The notes under the pieces: generated by a model | What the model was told of the DNA's origin: nothing | What the model saw: the letters and a program-made list of their open reading frames with translations, nothing else | Databases searched by the model: none | Origin: Fimicolochytrium jonesii | Taxonomy: Eukaryota | Length of the DNA stretch: 55,348 nucleotides | Reading direction: 5' to 3' | Assembly: GCF_025526975.1 (NCBI RefSeq) | Contig: NW_026515679.1 | Location: 744,001-799,348, forward strand | Translations under genes and position numbers: made by a program | Part shown: piece by piece, positions 23,342 through 33,107 of the stretch | Layout of the letters: each line of letters starts with the position of its first letter | Numbering within the stretch: position 1 is the first letter of the stretch

Positions 23342-24582
23342 ATGTCTGTACCTAACAACTGGCTGTTTGCTACGAAAACTTTCTCCCGCCCGTACAGCGA
23401 CCCACGAGGGGAAGGAGTGGCTACTTTTTCGCCTTCGGGTCAAAATGTGTATTCTACGAAAACGCGTCAGTTGACACCTATTAGAATCCAATGCGATTCC
23501 AATTCTGTCTCGTTCATTTTACAAAAGTTGATTCTTTCGATGGACGTCACGGCTTTGAAGAATAATGCTCCTGTATCTGGGTCTGGAATCGTTAATACCA
23601 AACTTGGTATCGAATCTATCATACAATCGCTCACAGTTAAAGCAGGTAACGAAACAGTGGTTCAGATCCCGAATTATCCTGCGTACCTTGTACAAACGTA
23701 CAGAAATATGAGTAAAGGCCATAAACAACTACTTGGAAATCTGACTGGTTATGGTTCCACTGATATGTTCAGCGGAACTGCTACAGCCAGCGTTAGCATG
23801 CACCCATGGGTCGGATTCTTTCATCCAACAAACGATCATTTTCTGCCGGTCTGGGCACTCCCGAATCAGGCCATGACCATCGAGTTGGTACTTGCAGATC
23901 CCAATACAGTTTTCACAAGTGCTGGAGTAGTTGATGAACTTCAAATCAGCAACATTCGTTGCTTGGTGCCTTACGTACCCCACCTCCGTCGATCGTTGTC
24001 AATGCTACAAGAGCAATTGCTGATGGGAAGAGTATCTACTATGATTATGTTCGCGCAACTCAAACGGAAAACGCATGTAGCGGTGGCTTGAGAAATACTT
24101 TTAACCTGCATATGTCTGGCGTCAGATCCCTTATCGGATTGGAAATGTCATTTATAGACGATGATGTGCTTGCAGATCAAACTAAGGACAAGTCACAATC
24201 ATTCTCATCTCAAAATCTAAGAGAATGGCGGCTCCAATTAGGACCAAATGCGACAATTCCAAGCGGTCTAACTGGTTTTACTCACGGGCCTTATGATCGT
24301 CAAACGCTTCTTGTTTCCCAACTGAGCAACAACGACTTTGAGCAACTTGCTGATATGGACATTTCATTCAAAGACTATGATACCGCAAATTTCTCGTTTT
24401 CTTACGGTTTTGAAGACAAATCCGAAGGAAGTGGGGCCGCTTTGAGTTTTACGGGAACCGACTCCATACTTCGAGTGCACACCGTACATGCGTCTCCGGC
24501 TCCAAGTCAACGAGTTAGACTTCTCAGTACATATCATGAGAATGTTACCTTGGCAATCGGGGATGTAGTCAGCGTTGTATAA
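23342..24582 (+). CDS. Major capsid protein (double jelly roll), split by one frameshift near 23980
   Basis: GIESIIQSLTVKAGNETVVQIPNY, FLPVWALPNQAMTIELVLADP and ISNIRCLV match PLV MCP patterns; two overlapping ORFs total ~410 aa. Confidence 0.8.
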
Positions 24583-24859
24583 TTACCATAACCTCCATCT
24601 CTATCAAGCAAGTCCCGAATTGTTTCAACGATTCAAATGGCACCTAGTTGTTCTCCGAAAGGTGACAACGTGAAATAAGTTATACGACTTTTACACGTTG
24701 TCACCAATCGGAGAACAAGAATGTTCAGTTTGGAAAAAGACGGAAAAATAAATGACGCCTCCCCCCTGTCAAAGCGCGTTTACGTAATATCGCCGACTAC
24801 ATTCCTTTGGAACCACCGATTTCCACAAGAATGTCCAAACATAAGAACTCTTCAACAAA

Positions 24860-27016
24860 ATGGCTCTCGCCATTCATGAAGCAAACATCGACCCATCTTA
24901 TTTCATTATCAATCCTGATGTCGGAGACGGGTTCTTCAAGACCTGCATTGCTTTGCATCACATACTGGATGCGAAATTATACAAGGTTTCGTATCCTGCA
25001 GCGGACGATTATTTGAAAGCGAGATGGAAACTTTCGAGAGCGGCCGGTTACAACTTTTCCCGCGCCGGACGAATTATTATTCAAATGGGGAAAACACTCG
25101 GTCGGGACGAAATGCCCTGCGCTATCGGGCTTTATCTCATGTTGGATAAACTTCACAAAGAGCGAAATTTGACTCATGTTGAGATATGGAGAAAGGCGGT
25201 TCAATACTTTGGCTCTCGTCAAATGGTCATTGCGGTCAAAATGGATGAAATATTTGAAGACCTACCACCCGATTCCGCCATTGACCTTTCGGGCGAACCC
25301 GGTCTCCAGTTGGACGATACCACTCGCACAGAGATAGATGAAGAGATAGATGAAGATACAGATGAAGATACAGAGATTGAAGATGTGATCGAAAATGAAA
25401 GGGATACGAACGAAGTAGATTGGAGTTCCCGATTAAGAAAGCGAAAAGAGGTTACTCAAGACACCTCAGACGAAGATGATTCGGAGACTACCAAACGACC
25501 GAATATTCCGATATCTACTGGATTTGGAAGATCCGAAAACGAGTATAATACGCCCCAATATCTGGTGAATCTGATCACCAAATTTTGTGGCGAAATTGAT
25601 CTTGATCCGTGCTGGAATCCCGAGTCAAAGATCATTGCAAAAACCGTATACGGTGAACAAGTCGACGGAACATTTGTCAACGCTTTGACGTTGTCTGATT
25701 GGACAAAAAGCAATTGGGTTTATCTTAATGCACCTGGTGCTGCAATCGACGCTCTACAACATGGTCCGAAAACTTCTGCGAAAAGACCTTACCTCCATAA
25801 CGACTTTTGGGAAAAGACAATGTTGGAAATGAAAAAGGGAAACATCAAACGGATCATTGCAATCATTCCGAATTGTCCATACCGGAAATGGTGCAGGTTC
25901 GCCCTCGCACGGGGACTTTGTTGCCACCTTACGAGAAAAGTCCCGTGGGATAAAACGGCCGCTGCAAAGGTTCGAATGGACGACATGCGATTTTCGGCAA
26001 AGAATTCACATATCTCGAACGATGTCTATTCACGCACGATCGTGTATATTGACTCGGATGCAGACTATCCACATACAGATAAATTCATCGAGGTCTTTCG
26101 AACCCATGGATTTATTCCCGGATTAAATACGCGCATACCAAGGATTCTGGAGATTTCCGAGAAAAGACCATTGCGGTACTTTTCTGCCTTTGCTGGAATC
26201 GGTGGTGCCGAAATGGCATTAAGAAATATCTTTCCCGAAGCCATTTGCGTTGGCTTTTGCGAGACAGATAAAGACGCTTTAAAAGTTTATGTTGAGCATC
26301 ATCCTCGACATAAAAACTTTGGAGACATCACCAAAATCAAAACAAATACCATACCGGATTTTGACCTGTTAATCGGAGGTCCTCCGTGTCAACCTTTTTC
26401 GCTTGCCAATCCGGGAAAAACTAAATTCACCGATCCTCGGGCGGATTTGTATACACAATTCGTCAGAATCCGCAACGACTGTCAACCCCAATATGTGATT
26501 ATGGAAAACGTTCCTATGGATTCAGCAAGCATTGCGGAGATCTCGAAAGGACTTTTGTCTACGACGGTGCAAAAACTCAATGCCGCGTCGTTTTGTGCAC
26601 AAAATCGAATCCGTTTATACTGGACAAATTTCTTTGTTCCGGAACCTTTGGATGTGCCTTCGCCGACAATTGACAGTATAGTAGAACCCAATCATTCCGG
26701 AAAGTCGCTCCATTGGAAATGCTTCAAACAACCTCCTCCCCCAGATCTCATTGCCGCGTTCAACAAGGACACGGTGGAGCAAACAGTGAAATTTCGGGAC
26801 GATGGAAAAAGTAACACCATCATAGCGACCGAGTGTTATGAATTGGCTATCGCTGCAAATGGAGTATTCAGGCTTTTGACCTGCTCGGAACGCGAGAAGT
26901 TACAAGGGTTTCCCGTGGGATATACCGCATTTGTCCCGGATAAAAGTAGAAAGCGATTACTTGGAAACGCTATGAACGTACCTACAATCGAGTACATCCT
27001 AAAGCACATCCCCTGA
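24860..27016 (+). CDS. Fused DNA methyltransferase: N-terminal helical domain + phage Dam-like N6-adenine MTase-like domain + C5-cytosine MTase
   Basis: NEYNTP..IDLDPC..VYLNAPG; then FAGIGG, GGPPCQPFS, MENV, QNRIRLYW, REKLQGFP, LGNAM. Confidence 0.88.
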   Translation: MALAIHEANIDPSYFIINPDVGDGFFKTCIALHHILDAKLYKVSYPAADDYLKARWKLSRAAGYNFSRAGRIIIQMGKTLGRDEMPCAIGLYLMLDKLHKERNLTHVEIWRKAVQYFGSRQMVIAVKMDEIFEDLPPDSAIDLSGEPGLQLDDTTRTEIDEEIDEDTDEDTEIEDVIENERDTNEVDWSSRLRKRKEVTQDTSDEDDSETTKRPNIPISTGFGRSENEYNTPQYLVNLITKFCGEIDLDPCWNPESKIIAKTVYGEQVDGTFVNALTLSDWTKSNWVYLNAPGAAIDALQHGPKTSAKRPYLHNDFWEKTMLEMKKGNIKRIIAIIPNCPYRKWCRFALARGLCCHLTRKVPWDKTAAAKVRMDDMRFSAKNSHISNDVYSRTIVYIDSDADYPHTDKFIEVFRTHGFIPGLNTRIPRILEISEKRPLRYFSAFAGIGGAEMALRNIFPEAICVGFCETDKDALKVYVEHHPRHKNFGDITKIKTNTIPDFDLLIGGPPCQPFSLANPGKTKFTDPRADLYTQFVRIRNDCQPQYVIMENVPMDSASIAEISKGLLSTTVQKLNAASFCAQNRIRLYWTNFFVPEPLDVPSPTIDSIVEPNHSGKSLHWKCFKQPPPPDLIAAFNKDTVEQTVKFRDDGKSNTIIATECYELAIAANGVFRLLTCSEREKLQGFPVGYTAFVPDKSRKRLLGNAMNVPTIEYILKHIP

Positions 27017-27020
27017 TGCT

Positions 27021-27320
27021 TCATTCGATCGTCCCGCCTTGTACTTTATCTAAGAAATCCTGACCTTGTCTATTAATCTCATCGAGTCTGTGAATCCCCT
27101 TTGTTGCAGTGGAATCCACTCGACGCGAAGTTTCTTTGATCTTCTCGTTGAAGAGTGGAGATTCTTGCACAGCATTGTTAACGTTTGTGATGAATTTTGC
27201 GCTTTTATGTCCCACCTTCACAGCGTTGTTTGCAAATGAACGCGCCTTGTGATAATAACTTGGAGCATTGGTTATAAAAGTATTCGCTTTTTTTTTCAGA
27301 TTGTTCAAGAAATTTGCCAT
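27021..27320 (-). CDS. Hypothetical 99-aa basic amphipathic protein
   Basis: ORF fills the gap between the MTase and the 500-aa gene. Confidence 0.6.
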   Translation of the reverse strand: MANFLNNLKKKANTFITNAPSYYHKARSFANNAVKVGHKSAKFITNVNNAVQESPLFNEKIKETSRRVDSTATKGIHRLDEINRQGQDFLDKVQGGTIE

Positions 27321-27369
27321 GTCTGTTATTGTACATAGACACAGAATTAAATTTGATGCCTTTAGATAA

Positions 27370-28872
27370 ATGGCATTCTATAAAGCAAACGTGCTAGAAT
27401 TCCAAGGGATCAACCGCTCAAAAGGAATCCCGAATCTCCAGCGTCACCAAATCGGACGAGCCCTTGACTATAATAATCTAGATGAGAATGGAAGGCCAGA
27501 TGTCGTTTATTCTTGGAATAGAAACATCCACGACAAAGATCTTGCAACCAAAACACATTATGTCAAACCAGTTTATGAAGAGCGTGTTTCCAGCGCCGAA
27601 ATCCTCCGGTTATCTGCAAAACAGCACTATACCCAAGCATACAAAGATGGTCTAGAATATATCAAAGCCGAGAAAGACTATCGCGCTAAAGAACGATATC
27701 TGGATAGCATCACACCATCTCGGCGAAACAAGACCGTCACAATTGGGACAAGCACATCAACGAGTGGCCTTCCCGTCCCCGACACGGAAGGTCGGGTTTA
27801 TAACTATGATGCGCAAACAACTGCGCAAACAGGCTTGATGTTTGAAGCACCGGCTAACCTACATGACGTCCCAGATTTGCCCAAAAATGTGTCCGGTCAA
27901 CGTGTCCACCCAGTTATAATCACGCACGAAAAAGAGATCGTTGTTGATAACCTTACTGGAGCAGCCCAAGTCAAAACCGGAAGTTCCTCTGTTCTTAAAG
28001 CACCTGTTGTAAGCAATTCTCTTGATTATCAAGAGCCAATGATGCCCGGATCGTTTCCTAATATGATCGGAAAAGATGAAGTTAAAATTGAAAATAACAT
28101 ACCTCCGGAGATCAATATTGGGAATGAAAGAACAGAAAGCAAACCAGGGGTCGCTTTGACCACCATCAGCGACCCGAATAAGGTTGAGGAACTCTTATCA
28201 AAAACACAAGTTACGAGTAATCTCGTTCGAACCCCTGGAAAGACGCCTATTGGAAATGTGAGGAAAGATCGTCGTTTTGATCCGACCAAACGAAGAATAA
28301 AGAACAGATTAGAAGACTCACTATTGCAATCCACACTTAACAAGCAGGAATTGGTAGGATTTTCTGATGGAATTAACATTGAGGTACACGATGATGGCGC
28401 AGCAAGACGGAGATTGTCCGCACTCGCTAAAGATAACACAATCCCATCACCAAAACCCCAAGCCCGAATCGGTGCTCGCACTGATGAGTTAGCCATTAAT
28501 CCCGCTGTTAAACGAAAAGCGGAGGTTTCTCTAAGAAAGGAACCGTCATCAAAGCGACGAAAGATTGATGATGCAGACGAAATTCAATTAATAGATCCAA
28601 AAGTTTTGGAACGATCTAGAATGCATCGAATAGTTCAAGCAAATGTTGGAGTTGAGACCATTGTTGATCCAGTGGCTTCCCGTGTTAAGAAACAAGAAAA
28701 AGCCTCATTCTTGCGTCCTATCGCAAATCTACGCGGAAAGGAAAGAATCGATTATGCGATACCTCCAACATTTACCGTCGCGGATGTTGAACCTACTGTA
28801 AGCATCCGAAAACGCCCTACAAAAACGCAACAAATGCCCACTCGACCTGTCAAAAAGGTCAGAATTGACTGA
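27370..28872 (+). CDS. Hypothetical 500-aa protein, largely low-complexity with basic NLS-like C-terminus
   Basis: Long ORF with TAAATG start; PSSKRRK and PVKKVRID motifs. Confidence 0.75.
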   Translation: MAFYKANVLEFQGINRSKGIPNLQRHQIGRALDYNNLDENGRPDVVYSWNRNIHDKDLATKTHYVKPVYEERVSSAEILRLSAKQHYTQAYKDGLEYIKAEKDYRAKERYLDSITPSRRNKTVTIGTSTSTSGLPVPDTEGRVYNYDAQTTAQTGLMFEAPANLHDVPDLPKNVSGQRVHPVIITHEKEIVVDNLTGAAQVKTGSSSVLKAPVVSNSLDYQEPMMPGSFPNMIGKDEVKIENNIPPEINIGNERTESKPGVALTTISDPNKVEELLSKTQVTSNLVRTPGKTPIGNVRKDRRFDPTKRRIKNRLEDSLLQSTLNKQELVGFSDGINIEVHDDGAARRRLSALAKDNTIPSPKPQARIGARTDELAINPAVKRKAEVSLRKEPSSKRRKIDDADEIQLIDPKVLERSRMHRIVQANVGVETIVDPVASRVKKQEKASFLRPIANLRGKERIDYAIPPTFTVADVEPTVSIRKRPTKTQQMPTRPVKKVRID

Positions 28873-28971
28873 ATTTATGGATTTACATTCAGTGACATAA
28901 CGCGTTTCAAGTTGTCATAAACGGGATTGCTAAAATGCAACTTAAATAGATACGTTTCTGATGGTCTAATT

Positions 28972-29178
28972 GCAATGAAAAGCAAAGAAACGATGCGTCC
29001 GTACTATCCGAAAAGAAACCCCGCAGGTCAAATCATATATCCGCTGGGAACTCGTAAGTGTAAAATGGATAATTGCACAACCACGATTCCGTTCATTAAA
29101 CACCGACCGTATTGTTATGAATGTTATTTGAAGAAAAAGGAACCGGTCGATTTCAAGTTGGATGCTGATAGCGACTAA
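28972..29178 (+). CDS. Small Cys4 zinc-finger-like protein
   Basis: CKMDNC..PYCYEC; start codon uncertain. Confidence 0.5.
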   Translation, partial: AMKSKETMRPYYPKRNPAGQIIYPLGTRKCKMDNCTTTIPFIKHRPYCYECYLKKKEPVDFKLDADSD

Positions 29179-29432
29179 GCGATCTTCCGAAAGTAACTAC
29201 CCACTGATTCTTGATTGTTCTTCCTCCTTTTCCACCTTTTATCTGATATCGTACATGCCATTGCGTACGCTTGTTTAGAAGAAGTCACTTGTAATTCTAC
29301 ACCCCCTTTCCCTTTGTATGTCAATTCACCTTTATCAAATTTTTCAAGAATCTCATCCATTATCTCCTTCTTGAAAAGTTCGGCCGAAACCTCCTCTTCG
29401 TTTATATTGTGTTTTCTGTAGAATTCGTCCAT
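29175..29432 (-). CDS. 85-aa protein resembling DUF6496-type small proteins
   Basis: KFDKGELTYKGKGG..VTSSKQAYAMA recalls the FKxGxLHSGxGG..VxSRKQAIAIA pattern; recognised by eye only. Confidence 0.45.
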   Translation of the reverse strand: MDEFYRKHNINEEEVSAELFKKEIMDEILEKFDKGELTYKGKGGVELQVTSSKQAYAMACTISDKRWKRRKNNQESVGSYFRKIA

Positions 29433-29934
29433 TTATTGTTGTAAGATAAAGTGTTTTACGCCATTTAACCGCGAGCCCCAATCGTTCTCCGATTGGTGAC
29501 AAAGTGAAATAAGTTATACGACTTTTACACTTTGTCACCTTGCGGAGAACAATGCTTCTCACACGTTTCTCGTCGGAAAAAAAAGGAAAAATAAATGACG
29601 CCTCCCATTTGGACTCCATACAGTCGTATTGACAGCCAAACCGAAAATCTAATGGTGCGGTGTAGGGAGGCGTCATTTATTTTTCCGTTTTTTTCCAAAC
29701 AGAAACATTCTTGTTCTCCGATTGGTGACAACGTGTAAAAGTCGTATAACTTATTTCACTTTGTCACCAATCGGAGAACAACTCGATCCTTGAAATTGAA
29801 ACTATTACGACAGTAACTATTCGATTGAGATGGAGAACGTCAGAAATGATATTTGATTGTCGAATGGATGTAGACAGGTAAAGTTTATTTAAGCAGAAAA
29901 ATTATGTATCTGTTAAACATCCAATTCACGAACA

Positions 29935-32910
29935 ATGGATATTGCAAATTACACCAAAATCAATAAGTATGGTCTATCATTCTACACCAATAGGAACACA
30001 GCAAGAAAGGTTATGGAAACGTTGATGGAGAGATGTGGGCCTGAGCAATGCCTCGTTGCCCATGTTCGAGATTATGAAGCAAAGGGAAAAAAGGAAGGTG
30101 AGATGGTGAAGAAAAAGTACTGCCAATATGCGATCGTAGAATGCTCTAAACTGGAGGATTTGCTGAAAGATGACAAAGGACTATTTGAAGTTATGCATCC
30201 TGATAGAATGATGAAACTAATGTTTGATATTGATTATACGGGAATGAATGATCCTATTGGAAAGGTAAAAAAAAGGATTCGATCAATTCTTCCGAATGCT
30301 TCCATGAATATTTCGGGAAGTGTGGGGGAAAAGGGCGATACTCTGAAATTCTCATATCACATTGTTGTGAATAACTACCATGTTCTGAATGTGGGCGAAC
30401 TTGACCCGATTAAGCAGTTTTGTGCCATGTATAAGGAACTTGGATTTGACATGAATATCTACAGAGCGAACGGCTTGATGAAATATGTAAACCAATCCAA
30501 AGGTGACGGACGAGTCCAGGAGATAATAGAAGGTTCTGATAACATTTTGGATCACACGATCATGCATGGTATTCCAAAGGACAGCATCCACGTAAAGAAT
30601 GTTTCCGAACTTCAAAACTTTCTATCGCCCGGGGCTCCAGCGCTCCGGAAGAGAAAACGAGAAAATGACGAGGGCTCGGTACAAGCGAGAAAAGGTCGCT
30701 ACTATCCGGGTCAAATACCGAGAATGAACTTGGAACCTCCGGAAACCCTAGATATCTATAGAGGGGATCCGCTGCATTTTCTAGCGCACATGCCAAACCC
30801 TAAACGTGGGGATACGTTTGAATTGTCCAACTGGTTATGCAGTGAGATCGGTCGTTGGTGTAAGATGGCAGGTATCACCTTTGCGTCGTTTTGGGAGTGG
30901 AATTCGAAAAAGGATAGCACTCCGCAACGCAAAGCAAAATATATAGACTTTTGGAATCGGGTGGATGTACAGTCGAAGCCCATTTCGGAGAACTTCATGA
31001 AAGCGTGTTTGGTTGCTGTTTATAACGGAAACATTCTAAAGTCGACGCCATACAAAGTAATGGAAAATGCGATAAACAAAGAGTTCAATCATCGCATTGA
31101 CTCAAGATGGTTATCCTCAGCGGATCTTCACTTGGGTGACGATTATAAACACATTGTACTGCATGTTTCGCTCGGCGGTAACAAAAGTGGAAGTACCATT
31201 GATTATCTCAAAGAATTATTGGAGGGGGACAAAGAATTGACAGCGCTTTGGACAACATGTAGAATTGCGTTGACAAATGAACAAAGAGGAAGAATGGAAA
31301 AAACAGGCATCACCCAATGGAAATATTATCTGGATTACAGACCCGATGAGAAACAAAATCCAGTGCATCATCCCTATCTCGTATGTTCCATTCAGTCGAT
31401 CTACTTAGCGAGGGGAGTTTACGATATAATTGTCATTGATGAGTGCGAAACGTTATTGCGAAGTTTTGCGGACGATGCAAAATGCCATGGTAACCCATCT
31501 CAACATTGGAAGAATTTCATGCGCCTGTTGGCGTCAGCAAAGAAGGTAATTTGGATGGACGGGTTTCTTACCAGAGCGACAACCGATTTGATTCGAGACA
31601 TTGGAGGTGAAAGTTTCATTATTGGATCAAGTGTTCCTCCTCCGCAACGAGAGATCAAATATTGCCAAGAAATAGAAGATCTTTATGCGAAAATGTTCAA
31701 CAGTCTGGATAAAGGGGAAAAGATCTTTATCGCATCGGGAGCAAAAGGTTCCCGAAAGGTTCATTCCGCATTTGATGGGGTGGAAAACATTGTTTCGACG
31801 CTAATGGCAAAATACAAATGGAAACGTGGAACAGAAATAATTGGTATCCACGCGGATCGCAAAAAAGACAAGGAGAATCTGAGAAATATTGAGGAGGTAT
31901 GGGGAAATCCGGCTGTGCGAGTGGTGGTTGGAAACGCTGCTTTAGCGGTGGGCGTGAATTATGATGTAAAAGAAGGGATGCGCCCGTTTGACCGGGTTTT
32001 TGGCATTTTCAATCCGGCTTGTATATCGTACCGGGACTTTTTCCAGTTACTGGCAAGAATTCGGAGGCCACTTTCGAATGAGATATGGATTCTGTTTACG
32101 GAACCTTTCATGAAGGCAGTAAAGCAGGATCGACTGATTGTTTCACAATCCGATGGATTTCGTACCTTAGCCGCGCATATGGATTCAGAGAGTTTCGCGG
32201 ATAAACATCACAAATCGGCACAGGATCTGTTCAAATTGTATGCAGATCTATGTAACATCAAACTATGCAGCAAAACATGCTTTGCATTGGAAAAGGATGC
32301 ACGTCATTTAATAAGCGCCTGTTTCGACAGTCGATTCAATATGTTCTCATGGCATAACATTAAGGATATCTCAGGAGAAGAGTGTGAGAGACTTGAAAGA
32401 TTGATCGAAGCCCTCCAAGCAGATGTCGATCAGATTCTTCAAGTTAAAAAATTCAGATTCAGAAATCTATTTAGAAGTGTGGTTACTGAAAACCTTGTTG
32501 AAATCTACTGGGACACGTACAGGGATACCGTCTACGCAGTGAATAACTTTGGCAGGTTAGAACGAGGTCAAGAACTGTATCACGACATAAAATGCGCCCC
32601 AATAGTCCACAAGTTTTACAAGGACAATAATCTAACAATCGAAGGGGAAATCAGACCAGAGCATGTCTGTAACTCACCTTTTGAAGACATACAAAGATCT
32701 TTTAAAATGTTTCACCGACCGAAAACGTACAGAATGGACCTATACGCAAAGATCATCAATGCTTATTTTTGTGCACCAATTATTGTTAAAACGAAAGAGA
32801 AACGTAAGAATAAGAAACGGTACACATGGGACACAAATGGATTGTTACTTGGTAAGATAGCAGAAGCGTTGCTATCATTCGAAGAGTTCGATATCTTGAA
32901 TTGCGATTAA
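29935..32910 (+). CDS. AEP primase(-polymerase) fused to UL9/origin-binding-like SF2 helicase
   Basis: LFEV..LMFDIDY, KFSYHIVV, FDMNIY (AEP motifs I-III); SLGGNKS, IVIDECE, WMDG, AVGVNYD, FFQLLARIR (SF2 motifs). Confidence 0.82.
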   Translation: MDIANYTKINKYGLSFYTNRNTARKVMETLMERCGPEQCLVAHVRDYEAKGKKEGEMVKKKYCQYAIVECSKLEDLLKDDKGLFEVMHPDRMMKLMFDIDYTGMNDPIGKVKKRIRSILPNASMNISGSVGEKGDTLKFSYHIVVNNYHVLNVGELDPIKQFCAMYKELGFDMNIYRANGLMKYVNQSKGDGRVQEIIEGSDNILDHTIMHGIPKDSIHVKNVSELQNFLSPGAPALRKRKRENDEGSVQARKGRYYPGQIPRMNLEPPETLDIYRGDPLHFLAHMPNPKRGDTFELSNWLCSEIGRWCKMAGITFASFWEWNSKKDSTPQRKAKYIDFWNRVDVQSKPISENFMKACLVAVYNGNILKSTPYKVMENAINKEFNHRIDSRWLSSADLHLGDDYKHIVLHVSLGGNKSGSTIDYLKELLEGDKELTALWTTCRIALTNEQRGRMEKTGITQWKYYLDYRPDEKQNPVHHPYLVCSIQSIYLARGVYDIIVIDECETLLRSFADDAKCHGNPSQHWKNFMRLLASAKKVIWMDGFLTRATTDLIRDIGGESFIIGSSVPPPQREIKYCQEIEDLYAKMFNSLDKGEKIFIASGAKGSRKVHSAFDGVENIVSTLMAKYKWKRGTEIIGIHADRKKDKENLRNIEEVWGNPAVRVVVGNAALAVGVNYDVKEGMRPFDRVFGIFNPACISYRDFFQLLARIRRPLSNEIWILFTEPFMKAVKQDRLIVSQSDGFRTLAAHMDSESFADKHHKSAQDLFKLYADLCNIKLCSKTCFALEKDARHLISACFDSRFNMFSWHNIKDISGEECERLERLIEALQADVDQILQVKKFRFRNLFRSVVTENLVEIYWDTYRDTVYAVNNFGRLERGQELYHDIKCAPIVHKFYKDNNLTIEGEIRPEHVCNSPFEDIQRSFKMFHRPKTYRMDLYAKIINAYFCAPIIVKTKEKRKNKKRYTWDTNGLLLGKIAEALLSFEEFDILNCD

Positions 32911-33107
32911 GTCCTTATATAATGCTTTAATTAAAAAAACATTCGTCGTTCTCCGACGGGTGACAAAGTGAAATAAGTTATACGACTTTTACATGTTGTC
33001 ACCTTGCGGAGAACACGAATTTTTCGGTTGGAAAAAAAAGTGAAAAAATAAATGACGCCTCCAATAATGTTCAACATCTTATTTTGTAATGCATTGAATA
33101 TAACAGA

